IMG/VR virus record: IMGVR_UViG_3300040801_004034
Coordinates: 62,001-126,000 of that record
Length of the DNA stretch: 64,000 bases
Reading direction: 5' to 3' (one strand)
Positions 29,046 through 39,407 of this stretch are shown piece after piece. How positions within the stretch are numbered: position 1 is the stretch's first letter; each line of letters begins with the position of its first letter. The position numbers and the translations under genes were made by a program. The notes under the pieces are model-generated. The model was not told where the DNA came from. It searched no databases and saw nothing but the letters and a program-made list of their open reading frames with translations.

Positions 29046-29687
29046 ATGAAAACAACATGGGAAAATGTAGAACTGTTTGAAGAGCTTGTAGCATGTTTTG
29101 CAGGAGCAACATATGGTGTAGCTGTTGATAGTTGTACTAATGCAATATTTCTCTCATTGAAATATTATCATGATATGATTGCTAATGATGTTCTTGATAA
29201 TACACTTGTTGTCCCGTCAAGAACATATATTTCTGTTCCTATGCAGTGTAAACATGCTGGATTTGATGTTGTGTTTGAAGATATCAAATGGGAAGGTTCC
29301 TATAACTTCAGAGGACTACCAGTTATTGATAGTGCACAACGTTTTGAAAGGAACATGCACATACCAGGTAGTGTTAGATGCTTATCATTCAACTTCAAAA
29401 AGATTTTAAGCTGTGGTAAAGGCGGTATGATATTGACTGATAGTCAGATAATGAGGGATTGGCTTGTTCGTATGAGATATGATGGACGTTCGACAGAGAA
29501 ATATGGTGATATTAACAACGTGACCGTTCCAGAAATAGGTTATCATATGTATATGACACCAGAAACAGCAGTAAGAGGTATTGAAGCTTTTTATAGGCTC
29601 CTTGAACATGAAAATAAGATGTGTGGTGTAAGTGGTAGAAGTTCAGACTACGGTATCGATCTTTCAACTTTAGATTGTTTTAAATGA
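29046..29687 (+). CDS. DegT/DnrJ/EryC1/StrS PLP aminotransferase (C-terminally short)
   Basis: AVDSCTNAIFLSL, IDSAQ, CLSFNFKKIL..GKGGMILTD, GYHMYM. Confidence 0.9.
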   Translation: MKTTWENVELFEELVACFAGATYGVAVDSCTNAIFLSLKYYHDMIANDVLDNTLVVPSRTYISVPMQCKHAGFDVVFEDIKWEGSYNFRGLPVIDSAQRFERNMHIPGSVRCLSFNFKKILSCGKGGMILTDSQIMRDWLVRMRYDGRSTEKYGDINNVTVPEIGYHMYMTPETAVRGIEAFYRLLEHENKMCGVSGRSSDYGIDLSTLDCFK

Positions 29688-30517
29688 AAAAAATTATTAT
29701 TGTTGGAAGTAACGGTATGCTTGGTCGATATATGACAACATACCTCAAACAGTATTATACTGTTGTTGGTTTAACAAGATATGATTACGATATTGCAGCT
29801 CAAACCAATAAGAGTGTTAAATTTTTCACTGATACAACATCACCAGGTGATGTTGTCATTAACTGTGCTGGTATATTGAAACCGTATTATAAAACACTCA
29901 GTTTTGATGAAACATATCTGGTAAATGCATTTTTTCCGTCATCGCTGAGTCATGAATGTATTGTAAATAACCGACACTTCATTCATTTTAGTTCAGATTG
30001 CGTATTTGGTGATAAAGGTGATTACGTTGAAACAGACGAAAAGGATGGGTATGGTGAATATGCAAGACAAAAAGGTAAAGAGCCGTTATTTGGTGTGACT
30101 TTTAGAACATCATTCATAGGTGAACAACCAAATCATACCGATCCTAGTACTGCAGGTCTTTTACAGTGGTTGAGACTGAATAATAACACTCAACTCAATG
30201 GATATACTAACTGTTTATGGAATGGTCTTACTTGCTACCAAGTCTGTAAGATTGTAAAAGATACAATTGATGAGCGCTATTTTGGTAACAGAACCCAACA
30301 CCTTTTTACTCCAGAGAAGATATCTAAACATGATTTATGTAAATTGATAATCGATGAATATGATCTAAATATTGATCTAGTACCAACTGAAGCTGGAAGT
30401 ATTATGGGTACACCTATTCATGGTGTTTTAGATAGAACACTTTCAACAATTCATGAACCTATAAAAGTACCTGATATAAAAACACAAATCAATGAACAAC
30501 ATAGTTTCAAGTTATAA
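29684..30517 (+). CDS. RmlD-like sugar-nucleotide reductase
   Basis: GSNGMLG, INCAG, HFSSDCVF, YARQK and RTSFIG motifs. Confidence 0.88.
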   Translation: MKKIIIVGSNGMLGRYMTTYLKQYYTVVGLTRYDYDIAAQTNKSVKFFTDTTSPGDVVINCAGILKPYYKTLSFDETYLVNAFFPSSLSHECIVNNRHFIHFSSDCVFGDKGDYVETDEKDGYGEYARQKGKEPLFGVTFRTSFIGEQPNHTDPSTAGLLQWLRLNNNTQLNGYTNCLWNGLTCYQVCKIVKDTIDERYFGNRTQHLFTPEKISKHDLCKLIIDEYDLNIDLVPTEAGSIMGTPIHGVLDRTLSTIHEPIKVPDIKTQINEQHSFKL

Positions 30518-31589
30518 TGAGTGGGACCCACTCGAAGAGGTCATAGTAGGAGCAGGTTTACCTGATACAATACCTGGTATCGATATTTCGTTTAGGTTAT
30601 TCTTTTATGAAAACATCGGAAATGCTCAATTTGATGTATATGATTACATTACAAAACAGCATATCGAAGAACATGGTGAAGACCTTGATAAATTCGCTGA
30701 TTTACTCAAATCCTTAGGTGTAGTTGTAAGGAGACCTGTTGTACCACCTAAGATTAATAAGGTTCAAACACCATGGTGGGAATCAGGTTTACACCCTGCT
30801 CTTAATGTTAGAGATCAGTGTATGGTCGTTGGTGATACCATTATAGAATCGCCGCCAACACTTAGATATAGATATTTTGAAAATGATTTGTTAAAGCCTT
30901 TGTTTCTTGAATATTTCAAACAAGGGTGTGGATGGATTCAAGCTCCCAAATCGACGATGGTTGATAATAGTTTCGATAAATCATGGGTAAATGATGATGG
31001 TATTTTGTTAAAGGATCAATGTGATATATTTTCATCAAAGGAAACATATATTGACCATGGATTAGAAATGATGTTTGATTGTGCTAACTGTATGAGACTC
31101 GGAAAGCATATATTGATGAATGTGAGTAATAAGAACCAAGCTCTTGGTTTACAATGGTTACGTAAAGTTCTTCCGGATTATACAATTTGGGATTGTCCTG
31201 TTGCTGATTCACATATAGATTCATCATTCTTACCACTTAAACCTGGTTTAGCTATTATTACGAAACCTGAAATTGTTTCAAAATTACCCGAACCATTACA
31301 AAATTGGGATCTAATTCATATACCAATGATACAACGCACATCTGATGAATATTCACATCAAAACATCAAGCTTGCATCACCGAGAATTGAACTTAATGTA
31401 TTTTCAGTATCACCCGAATTAATTATTTGTCATCCCCAGTATGAGAAAGAGCTTAATAAAGTTCTCAAGCCATATAAAATAGAAGCAATTGGATCACCAT
31501 TCAGACATTGTGAAATATTTTCTGGAGCTCATCACTGTACAACATTAGATATAAGAAGAAATGGAAAATTACAAAATTACTTTGAGTAG
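30492..31589 (+). CDS. Amidinotransferase (glycine / inosamine-phosphate amidinotransferase family)
   Basis: VSSYNEWDPLEEVIVG, RD, HID and GAHHCTTLD catalytic motifs. Confidence 0.92.
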   Translation: MNNIVSSYNEWDPLEEVIVGAGLPDTIPGIDISFRLFFYENIGNAQFDVYDYITKQHIEEHGEDLDKFADLLKSLGVVVRRPVVPPKINKVQTPWWESGLHPALNVRDQCMVVGDTIIESPPTLRYRYFENDLLKPLFLEYFKQGCGWIQAPKSTMVDNSFDKSWVNDDGILLKDQCDIFSSKETYIDHGLEMMFDCANCMRLGKHILMNVSNKNQALGLQWLRKVLPDYTIWDCPVADSHIDSSFLPLKPGLAIITKPEIVSKLPEPLQNWDLIHIPMIQRTSDEYSHQNIKLASPRIELNVFSVSPELIICHPQYEKELNKVLKPYKIEAIGSPFRHCEIFSGAHHCTTLDIRRNGKLQNYFE

Positions 31590-32358
31590 TGTAAGCGTAC
31601 CTAGAAAGTACACTAATGCTATTTGTTTTAACAGCGACTTTAAGTATTTAAAGTTTGCAGTGCCGTTATACAATTCACTTGTTGCTAATAATATCAAAGC
31701 GGATCTCGTTTGTAGATGTATAGATTTTACAGATGACGAAAAACAACAAGTACGCCAAATGTTACCTGGTTGTAATCTGATTTTTGATAACCCAAACATT
31801 TCACCAGCTAAAAATATGCTTAAAGAAACAGGGTTGAATTTTCACCAGGTTTTTAAATCATCACCATACACAACCGATGGTATTCAGAATATGATAGCTG
31901 GTGGTTTATATAGTAAACGAGCTGCTTATTCATGCCATGTAAGGTTCAACACTATTCTTGATCTACTTAACTCGGATTATGAAAAAGTATTATGTCTTGA
32001 TTGTGATACTATTTGTATACGAGATTTCAGTCATATATTCGAATTAGAACATGGTGATATTTTTACTGTTTTCGATAACGGTGAGTATTTTATGAATGAG
32101 GGTTTGTTGATGTTTTCAAATAATGAACTGACATATCAATTTGTTCAAAATGTAAGGGATCAAATATTCACTGATGATAATTGGTTACGATGGGATGCAG
32201 ATTCTGAAGCACTTGTTGATAACTTCATAGATGATCTCAAAATCATTGATTTAGGGTATGAATATAAAGATAGATCACATAGTGATGATGCATTTATGTG
32301 GTCTGGGGATGCTCTTAGTAAATTCAAACAAAAATTTAAAACAAAACTTGGTGAATAA
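31561..32358 (+). CDS. GT-A glycosyltransferase (GT8-like)
   Basis: RF...LL....VLCLDCD DxD motif, NEG, W..D. Confidence 0.7.
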   Translation: MENYKITLSSVSVPRKYTNAICFNSDFKYLKFAVPLYNSLVANNIKADLVCRCIDFTDDEKQQVRQMLPGCNLIFDNPNISPAKNMLKETGLNFHQVFKSSPYTTDGIQNMIAGGLYSKRAAYSCHVRFNTILDLLNSDYEKVLCLDCDTICIRDFSHIFELEHGDIFTVFDNGEYFMNEGLLMFSNNELTYQFVQNVRDQIFTDDNWLRWDADSEALVDNFIDDLKIIDLGYEYKDRSHSDDAFMWSGDALSKFKQKFKTKLGE

Positions 32359-32983
32359 AGTAGTACATATTTTATGGTGGGACATTACTGAAAAACCAGA
32401 CTTCTTCGATGAAAATATCAGTTCATGGACTGAACATAACCCTGAATGGACTGTTAAAGTATGGGGTAGACAGGAATGCTATTCATTGTTAAAAGTATTC
32501 TACCCTAGATACTTCTGTATGTTCGAAGAATATGAACATGATATTCAAAGAATTGATGCAATAAGATATTTTATACTTCATTTAGATGGTGGGTTATATG
32601 CTGATATCGATATCAAGTGTAATAAATGTATTGATAATATTATCGATAATGAGGATGTTTTATTTAAAGAAGGAAAGAATCAAACAAAGTTATTCCCGAA
32701 TCTTACAAACATTACAAATAGTATAATGTATAGTACAGGTAAGAGTGTTTTTTTCAATTACATAATTAAAATGCTGTTTTTAACTAAACAGAAAGATGAA
32801 CAGAATGATGTGTTAAATGTATTATACTCAACTGGACCTGGTTTAGTAACTGCCGCTCATGATTTATTCAATACAAGACATGTTACAGTTCACCCAAGTA
32901 CATTTTTCGATGAACCACCTTGTATATATGGACAGCATTTGTATATGAATTCATGGTTTAATAAAGAGAATGTTATTATATGA
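32351..32983 (+). CDS. GT32 (OCH1-like) glycosyltransferase
   Basis: SW...NPEW, QRIDAIRYFILHLDGGLYADIDI, TGPG, H....SW; GTG start at 32351. Confidence 0.88.
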   Translation: MNKVVHILWWDITEKPDFFDENISSWTEHNPEWTVKVWGRQECYSLLKVFYPRYFCMFEEYEHDIQRIDAIRYFILHLDGGLYADIDIKCNKCIDNIIDNEDVLFKEGKNQTKLFPNLTNITNSIMYSTGKSVFFNYIIKMLFLTKQKDEQNDVLNVLYSTGPGLVTAAHDLFNTRHVTVHPSTFFDEPPCIYGQHLYMNSWFNKENVII

Positions 32984-33972
32984 TTTTAACTAAAAGACAA
33001 ATAGATGCAATGGTAAATACTATACCAAATACATTTGATAATATTCTTCATGAATCTAGTATACTGGTCGATAAGAGTAAGTTTGATATCAGCACTATTG
33101 ATGATCATGGTGATATAATAACTATTGATACGATCAGTAAATGTAACTTACACTGTTCATTTTGTAGAGGTAGTATATCTAATATAGGTGAACTTTCAAA
33201 ATTACAAACAATGACTCAAACTGCATTTGAAATATTTGTAAAAAGAGCAACTGATTATGGTATTAAGCATATTGAAATGACACCTGCTATAGGAGAGCCG
33301 TTTATTGATAAGGGTATTATCGATAAGCTTAAACATCTTGAAGAGAATGATAAAATAGAGAGTTACATCATAACAACAAACCTCACTATGTGGAAGGATG
33401 TACATTTTGAATTCATAAAAACATGTAACAAGATTGTATTTAATATTTCACTTTATGGATATGATGAAGAATCATACAGCAAATCAACAAACCGTAAAAA
33501 CAAGTTTCAAACGTTCTATGCAAATTTTACACGTTTAGCAGATATCGTTCATGAGTATGACAATGTATATATGATTATTTTCATGAGATGCGGATTACCA
33601 TTTAATCACAGGTTTCCGAGAACTCCTATTTTTTACGATGTATTCAATTTAGCAAACCTTAAAAACTGTTGGTTAAATAACGGTGATATTGAAAATATCA
33701 ATCGTGCTGCAAATCTTGAAGGGTTTGAAAAGAAGTCACGTCAACGTTCTGGTATATGTCCGAATGGCCCTGGAATCGGCGGTGGTGTAATAGCGAATGG
33801 TGATTTTCTCTTCTGTCCATTCAATGATATCAACAGAGTTGGTGTTGTCGGTAATTTATATACCCAGTCGTTAGAAGAAATATACAGTGGTGATAAATGG
33901 CAAGAAATTTTAAATAATCATATGAATAATACATATATCGGTATTTGTAAAAACTGTGATGAGACGTGGTAG
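32980..33972 (+). CDS. Radical SAM / SPASM-twitch protein
   Basis: CNLHCSFC, GEP, TTN; C-terminal C..NGDFLFC..VGNL..C..C. Confidence 0.9.
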   Translation: MILTKRQIDAMVNTIPNTFDNILHESSILVDKSKFDISTIDDHGDIITIDTISKCNLHCSFCRGSISNIGELSKLQTMTQTAFEIFVKRATDYGIKHIEMTPAIGEPFIDKGIIDKLKHLEENDKIESYIITTNLTMWKDVHFEFIKTCNKIVFNISLYGYDEESYSKSTNRKNKFQTFYANFTRLADIVHEYDNVYMIIFMRCGLPFNHRFPRTPIFYDVFNLANLKNCWLNNGDIENINRAANLEGFEKKSRQRSGICPNGPGIGGGVIANGDFLFCPFNDINRVGVVGNLYTQSLEEIYSGDKWQEILNNHMNNTYIGICKNCDETW

Positions 33973-33987
33973 AGCATAAATAAATGT

Positions 33988-34281
33988 ATGATGTTTGATT
34001 TTGCAACTTTTTTTGAAGCTTCACAATGTGATAAGGATGATCTTGATAAGATGATCAACAACCCTGACCCTAAACGTATTAAAGAATATGGTGATGATAA
34101 ATATATCAAAATGCTGAAAAAGAAGAGAGCAGATCTCGATTCTGAAGACCAAGAAGATGCAATGACAGCAAATGATATCAAACATTACAAGAAGGTTAGA
34201 AAACCTACTATACCAACGAAAAAAATTCTTTCTAAAAAGGAAAAACTTCGTAATAAGCGTAATAAAAAGGTTGAATATTAA
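33988..34281 (+). CDS. Hypothetical late protein
   Basis: TAAATA-N5-ATG; N-terminus MMFDFATFFEA; basic tail. Confidence 0.55.
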   Translation: MMFDFATFFEASQCDKDDLDKMINNPDPKRIKEYGDDKYIKMLKKKRADLDSEDQEDAMTANDIKHYKKVRKPTIPTKKILSKKEKLRNKRNKKVEY

Positions 34282-34304
34282 GTTGTAGCTCAATAAGTTA
34301 TTGT

Positions 34305-34487
34305 ATGGAAAATGATAACATATCAACACTAAACGAACAAGTATCAAACTTCAGCGATGATATCGCAAAGTTTAAAGAAAATGGTAATAATGCTGCTGGT
34401 ACTAGAGCACGTAAAGCTCTTCTTGAAATCTCAAAACTCTGTAAAGAGATTCGTAAAGAGATTCAAGAAGCAAAGAATGCTAAGTAA
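34305..34487 (+). CDS. Histone H1-like Hc1-family DNA-binding protein
   Basis: KF..NGNNAAGTRARKALLEI.K..KEIRKEI. Confidence 0.75.
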   Translation: MENDNISTLNEQVSNFSDDIAKFKENGNNAAGTRARKALLEISKLCKEIRKEIQEAKNAK

Positions 34488-34518
34488 CATATAGTAATGG
34501 TAGATATTAAATAATAGT

Positions 34519-34932
34519 ATGCTATCATTTAAAATGTTCTGGGAGGCTAAAGCACTTGGTCTCATTGAAAACCTCACAATCGACGGAATCGGTACTATAC
34601 CATCTAAGATTGATTCAGGTAATGGTGCATATAACGTCCTACATGGGGTGGATATCAACATAAGCGGAGATACTGTTCAATTTACATCTGTTGATAACCA
34701 CCCTATTGAGGCACAAATGGTAGACACAATCGAAATTAATATCGGAAGTGGTGTTATCGAAAAACGACCTGTTATACATCTCAATGTCACAATAGGTGAT
34801 CATAAATTTGAGAATGTAAGATTTTCTATCGGTGATAGAACAGAAAATGAGTATAAGATCCTTGTCGGGAAGGATTTCATAGAAGAACTCGGAGGGCTTA
34901 TTGACGTCACCACCGAGTTCAATTATAAGTAG
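34519..34932 (+). CDS. Retropepsin-like (RimK-associated type) aspartic protease
   Basis: KIDSGN, RPVI, FSIGDR and ILVGKDF motifs. Confidence 0.8.
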   Translation: MLSFKMFWEAKALGLIENLTIDGIGTIPSKIDSGNGAYNVLHGVDINISGDTVQFTSVDNHPIEAQMVDTIEINIGSGVIEKRPVIHLNVTIGDHKFENVRFSIGDRTENEYKILVGKDFIEELGGLIDVTTEFNYK

Positions 34933-34940
34933 TGTACAGC

Positions 34941-35969
34941 TTATTTAAGCATTGATTCGTATACCTCTTTTGGCACACCTGCTGTAAAGCCACCTGGTAC
35001 ATTCTTAACGATTACCGAGATAGCATCATGACTATGTAAACTCTCCCAATGTCCAGCAACAATCTTAAAGTCAAGAATCCGTTCATCATCATCAAGCTGT
35101 TCATACATTAATCTTACAGCATCTTCAACAAACTTAAGATTAGCACCGTTCAATTCTGCAAATGCTTGTTCATCTTCACGCTTAACGATAACTTGCGTTT
35201 CCGTCTGTAACGCTTCAAGTAACATTTCTTGGAGATCCTCAATCCATACATCTTCATCAAACACGATTGATACTCTCGCTGTAGAACGTTGTGAATGCGG
35301 TACTGTTGCTCTGTTTCTATATTTTTCAGCATGTTCTGCTAGCTCAAAACTACATGGGCATGCTGATGAGTATACAAAGTCAAAGTGTATAAGTTTTTTC
35401 ACACTTCCGTCTTTAGCAATATCACATTCAAAACACACATCATAATATTGATAACCCTCATTATCTGATCTTAGACTCTTTTGTAAGATAGGGTATGAAA
35501 ACTTAAGCATGATTCTTGCATCGAACACTTCAAGATTTTTCTTATAATCATTCAATATATTCACAATATTTTCGAAATCAAACACTTTATCTTTATGAGC
35601 ATAGAACGATCTCATAATACGTGACATGTTGATTCCCTTTTTATGTGCTTCAAGCGAGACAGAACCAGTAATTGATGTTTCTAACGTAATTGTTGAACCA
35701 TCTCTTTTAAGAACTTTAAGTGGTAACCTAAAATTATGAATACCTACTTGCTGAATTGCAACAGGGGCTCCTTGAATCAAACTTGATGGACCATTTTGTA
35801 AATCAGGTAAAGATTTAATGTATTTTTTATTAGCTACGACAGTATCATCGTATTCCCTAATAGGCGGTTTATATGATGATGCATATTCATCACCCATAAT
35901 ATCATGAGCAATTTTATCTTTATCGCCACTCATCTCGTCATCACCTAACCAAATATATTTCTTATTCAT
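34941..35969 (-). CDS. folE2: GTP cyclohydrolase IB FolE2
   Basis: LPDLQN, IQQVGI, KGINMSRI, YSSACPCS, HSQRS, KREDEQAF, FVEDAVR, ESLHSHDA. Confidence 0.95.
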   Translation of the reverse strand: MNKKYIWLGDDEMSGDKDKIAHDIMGDEYASSYKPPIREYDDTVVANKKYIKSLPDLQNGPSSLIQGAPVAIQQVGIHNFRLPLKVLKRDGSTITLETSITGSVSLEAHKKGINMSRIMRSFYAHKDKVFDFENIVNILNDYKKNLEVFDARIMLKFSYPILQKSLRSDNEGYQYYDVCFECDIAKDGSVKKLIHFDFVYSSACPCSFELAEHAEKYRNRATVPHSQRSTARVSIVFDEDVWIEDLQEMLLEALQTETQVIVKREDEQAFAELNGANLKFVEDAVRLMYEQLDDDERILDFKIVAGHWESLHSHDAISVIVKNVPGGFTAGVPKEVYESMLK

Positions 35970-36023
35970 ATGTCTATTATATAATGCTGCAATCTGTAAT
36001 CAACTGATATATTAAATAATAAT

Positions 36024-36551
36024 ATGAATAAACTTAATCTCAATAAAGAAATTTTGAAGGAAAAATTTGATGAAACAAAATTCAATCAATATAGTAATAG
36101 TATATTAAATGAAATTGCAACACCTAATGATAGTGGTTCATTAGCAAGTAAAACAGCGTCAGCAGTTTCAAGCTTCATCCCAGGTTCAATAGCTAATCTA
36201 CAAAAACGCGTACAAAAAAAGAGATTAAATGATGAGCTTAGTGGAAAAACAGATAAATTTAATCGACGTATCGATCAAACTAAACCTACGCAACAACCAC
36301 AAAAAACAGGTAAATCAAAATTTTATGCTTGCTTAAATCAATTCCTTGTTAAAAATAAACTAAATGCACAACAGTTAAATATTAATGTTGTATATAATTT
36401 CGTTAAATCACTCGGTGTGAAAGATGTAAAAAGAACATTGAAGAGCGCAGGAATGAATTTTGATACATATCATGAAAAACGTATAATTAACAACAATGAA
36501 TTATCATCATTAAAAGCGTTACTACAAAAACGTGGTTTTGTTTCTGAATAA
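36024..36551 (+). CDS. Hypothetical late protein
   Basis: TAAATA-N5-ATG; KFNQYSNSILNE motif. Confidence 0.55.
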   Translation: MNKLNLNKEILKEKFDETKFNQYSNSILNEIATPNDSGSLASKTASAVSSFIPGSIANLQKRVQKKRLNDELSGKTDKFNRRIDQTKPTQQPQKTGKSKFYACLNQFLVKNKLNAQQLNINVVYNFVKSLGVKDVKRTLKSAGMNFDTYHEKRIINNNELSSLKALLQKRGFVSE

Positions 36552-36619
36552 AATAATAAAATACTGGTTGATTACTGGATTTCGGCCGGTATAATTGATG
36601 TAGAGAAGAAGAGAAAACA

Positions 36620-36877
36620 ATGAACTTACAAATAACACGTCAACAATTAAATACCCTAAAAGTTAATCTTACTGAAATACATGAAATCATATCTAGTTTA
36701 ACACCAGTACCTGAACAATCAATACAATCAGAAGAATCACCTAAACAAATAGATAAACCAGTGAAGAAGTCAGAACCAGCTAAACAAGGTCCAAACGGTG
36801 TACCAAGAACAAAAGTTACATCAGGTTTTGGTGACCCATTTGCAGGTACTAGTTGGGGAAATTCAAAAATAAAATAA
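36620..36877 (+). CDS. Hypothetical protein
   Basis: 85-aa ORF with TTGATT-N16-TATAAT upstream. Confidence 0.5.
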   Translation: MNLQITRQQLNTLKVNLTEIHEIISSLTPVPEQSIQSEESPKQIDKPVKKSEPAKQGPNGVPRTKVTSGFGDPFAGTSWGNSKIK

Positions 36878-36878
36878 T

Positions 36879-37154
36879 ATGAATCTAGGAGATATTTATT
36901 CACAACAAGTTAATGGTAGAAGAGTACCACAACAAACGATTACGTCAGGTAATTTTGAAGGTATTCAAAGAAGATCAGATGGTAAGATTGAAAAATTAGA
37001 AGCTGATACACTTTCAAAACTTAGCCAAGCTCAACAACAGTTATCACCGACACCCAAGATTGATGATCAAAAAAGAGTTACACCGCAAGATAGTTTACAA
37101 CCTGTATCTCTAGAAGATGCAATGAAAGAGTTACTTGAACTTGAAAATTCTTAA
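36879..37154 (+). CDS. Hypothetical protein
   Basis: 91-aa ORF coupled to the previous gene. Confidence 0.5.
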   Translation: MNLGDIYSQQVNGRRVPQQTITSGNFEGIQRRSDGKIEKLEADTLSKLSQAQQQLSPTPKIDDQKRVTPQDSLQPVSLEDAMKELLELENS

Positions 37155-37326
37155 ACAATTTTTCTGTAGACATCATTGGAAGAGAATTGAACGTCAATTC
37201 CTAAGACCAGGTATAGAAAGGTCTGGACCGTTTATTGATAAAATATACTATTTTGAAATTACTGATGAATGTACATTATGTAAAAAAATCAGAAAACAAG
37301 AAAAATATACATATGTTAATTTTTAA
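37135..37326 (+). CDS. Small putative zinc-ribbon protein
   Basis: C.H.W ... CxxC pattern. Confidence 0.45.
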   Translation: MNLKILKQFFCRHHWKRIERQFLRPGIERSGPFIDKIYYFEITDECTLCKKIRKQEKYTYVNF

Positions 37327-38099
37327 TCATTGTTTATAGATTCAAGACGTTCAACAATAAATCTCAATATTTCACTTCTTACGATATCATCACCATTGAA
37401 CTTGAAAGTATCAATACCTTCATCAGAACAACTAGGGTGATCGAATGCTTTAAAGATGTCTTTAAATCCTGTTTTGGATCCAATATCAGCTTGATATGTA
37501 TCACCAACAACAAGATATTTACTATCAACACCAAATCTTGTTAAAATAGTGATAAGCTCGGATCTAGTCATATTTTGTGCTTCGTCAATTATTACACAAC
37601 TATTTTTAAATGTTAAACCTCTTGTAAAATTAACTGGTATACATTTTATATAATTTTTTGACATCAAATTTTTACTTACATTACCATCCAAAATCTCATC
37701 AAGCTTATCAATCAACGGCATAGACCAAGGAGCAAACTTCTCTTCTAATTCCCCAGGGAGAGCACCCATACTACGGGATGCACTTTCTACGATTGATCTG
37801 ATATAAATGATGTTGTCTATTCGATGTTCATTTAAAAGTTTAAGAGCTGCTAGAACGGCAATATATGTTTTAGCTGTTCCAGCCGGGCCATCAACAATAC
37901 ACATATGATTTGATGGATTAATTGCTGATGAAAGAAAAACTTTTTGTCGTTCAGTTAGTTCATAATCTTGGTTGATTTTGAAATCTAAATCCCATGTTTC
38001 ATCTTGTGCTGGTATGACAAGTTCAATTTCAGTGCGAGGAGCTGTTACTTTTTTTCGAACAACTTTTTTACTCTTACGAGTAGACTTTTTTGTTGGCAT
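37323..38099 (-). CDS. phoH: PhoH-family ATPase
   Basis: GPAGTAKT, MGALPG..EEK, RGLTF, IIDEAQN, TRFG and GD..Q motifs. Confidence 0.95.
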   Translation of the reverse strand: MPTKKSTRKSKKVVRKKVTAPRTEIELVIPAQDETWDLDFKINQDYELTERQKVFLSSAINPSNHMCIVDGPAGTAKTYIAVLAALKLLNEHRIDNIIYIRSIVESASRSMGALPGELEEKFAPWSMPLIDKLDEILDGNVSKNLMSKNYIKCIPVNFTRGLTFKNSCVIIDEAQNMTRSELITILTRFGVDSKYLVVGDTYQADIGSKTGFKDIFKAFDHPSCSDEGIDTFKFNGDDIVRSEILRFIVERLESINND

Positions 38100-38188
38100 A
38101 TACTTGTATTTATTGATTTTTAACATATCAAAACAATGGTCTCCAAATCAGTTGTTTTTCATAAATAATATACTACAATGTAGACAAT

Positions 38189-38947
38189 ATGATCGATACA
38201 GCTAAAGAAACATTGTTTATGAGTGATGACAAGGTATTTTACACTTGTGAAGGGGAAGGTGAATATGTCGGTAAGCCATCAGTATTCTTTAGAGTATCGA
38301 TGTGTAATTTAACTTGCAAAAATTTCGCATCAGAAGATTCACCACATGGGTGTGATTCATACATTTCATGGAGTGTTAAAAATAAAATGACATTTGATGA
38401 AATCTTTGAATATATGGAAGAAAGACGCTATATTGAATTTCTTAGAAACGGAGCATTACTTAAATTAACAGGCGGTGAGCCATTAGTAAGTCAAAAGAAA
38501 TTACTCAAGTTCATCGAAGCATTTATAGAGAGATATGAGTTTTATCCTAGAATCGATTTTGAAACGAATGCTACCATTATGCCAGACAAAAGATGGGTAG
38601 AAGAATTTGGTGCAACATTTACAACATCACCTAAGCTTTCTACGAATGGTGATCCGGAGAGTAAAACATACAAACCTGATGTGCTTAAATGGCACGTTGA
38701 AAATAATAGTGGTTTCAAATTCGTTATTACTTGTTCAGAAGATATTGAAGAAATTTGGAGAAAGTATGTCGATGAGCGTAATGATATTAATGTTCCGCTA
38801 GATCGTGTATGGTTCATGCCTTGTTGTGGTTCACGCAGTGAGCATATAGAGAACGCACCTGCTGTAGCAGAATATGCTAAAGCGTGTGGTGTTAATTTCA
38901 GTCCTAGAATGCATTTATTAATCTGGGACTTAGCTTTACGAGTTTAA
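38189..38947 (+). CDS. queE: 7-carboxy-7-deazaguanine synthase QueE
   Basis: FYT.EGEG...G.PSVF.R..CNL.C...CDS, TGGEP, ETN, SPK, SPR.H. Confidence 0.92.
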   Translation: MIDTAKETLFMSDDKVFYTCEGEGEYVGKPSVFFRVSMCNLTCKNFASEDSPHGCDSYISWSVKNKMTFDEIFEYMEERRYIEFLRNGALLKLTGGEPLVSQKKLLKFIEAFIERYEFYPRIDFETNATIMPDKRWVEEFGATFTTSPKLSTNGDPESKTYKPDVLKWHVENNSGFKFVITCSEDIEEIWRKYVDERNDINVPLDRVWFMPCCGSRSEHIENAPAVAEYAKACGVNFSPRMHLLIWDLALRV

Positions 38948-38970
38948 GGAACAAATATAACATTCATGCT

Positions 38971-39366
38971 ATGATAAAATACGAAACAAAAAGAATTATT
39001 AGCGTACAAGATTGGGACGAACTTGTATCTGAAACATATGGTAAACCATATTCATTACAACAACAAGATGGTTGTAAAGAACGACAAGTTGAGAATATTA
39101 CCGTACCAGACTTAGAAGCCTGGGATTTTGAGAATGATACTATTCCGGAAGAAGTTAATGGAGATGAAATGGGGGTAAGCTTTAAATCATGGCTTGCAAG
39201 AGATCCAAAACAACCACTTAATACAGGTGATGACTGGGATAGAAAGCATGGGGTACGATTATTCTGGGAACGTAATTTTTATCCTGCTCTAGGTATAATT
39301 ATTAACGACTTACATAAAAAGGGTTTAATTGAAGCTGGTGAATACGGCATTGATATAGACTGGTAA
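38971..39366 (+). CDS. Hypothetical protein
   Basis: 131-aa ORF with its own GGAAC-type promoter. Confidence 0.6.
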   Translation: MIKYETKRIISVQDWDELVSETYGKPYSLQQQDGCKERQVENITVPDLEAWDFENDTIPEEVNGDEMGVSFKSWLARDPKQPLNTGDDWDRKHGVRLFWERNFYPALGIIINDLHKKGLIEAGEYGIDIDW

Positions 39367-39407
39367 AAAAAATTTAAGCAGAAATCAATTACAGGTGCTT
39401 AACGAAC

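Noticed and set aside
30492-31589. Amidinotransferase as the archaeosine (G+) synthase
   Set aside because: Known G+ routes use ArcS, QueF-like or Gat-QueC enzymes that add nitrogen to the nitrile; this family transfers an amidino group to an amine and lies within a sugar operon
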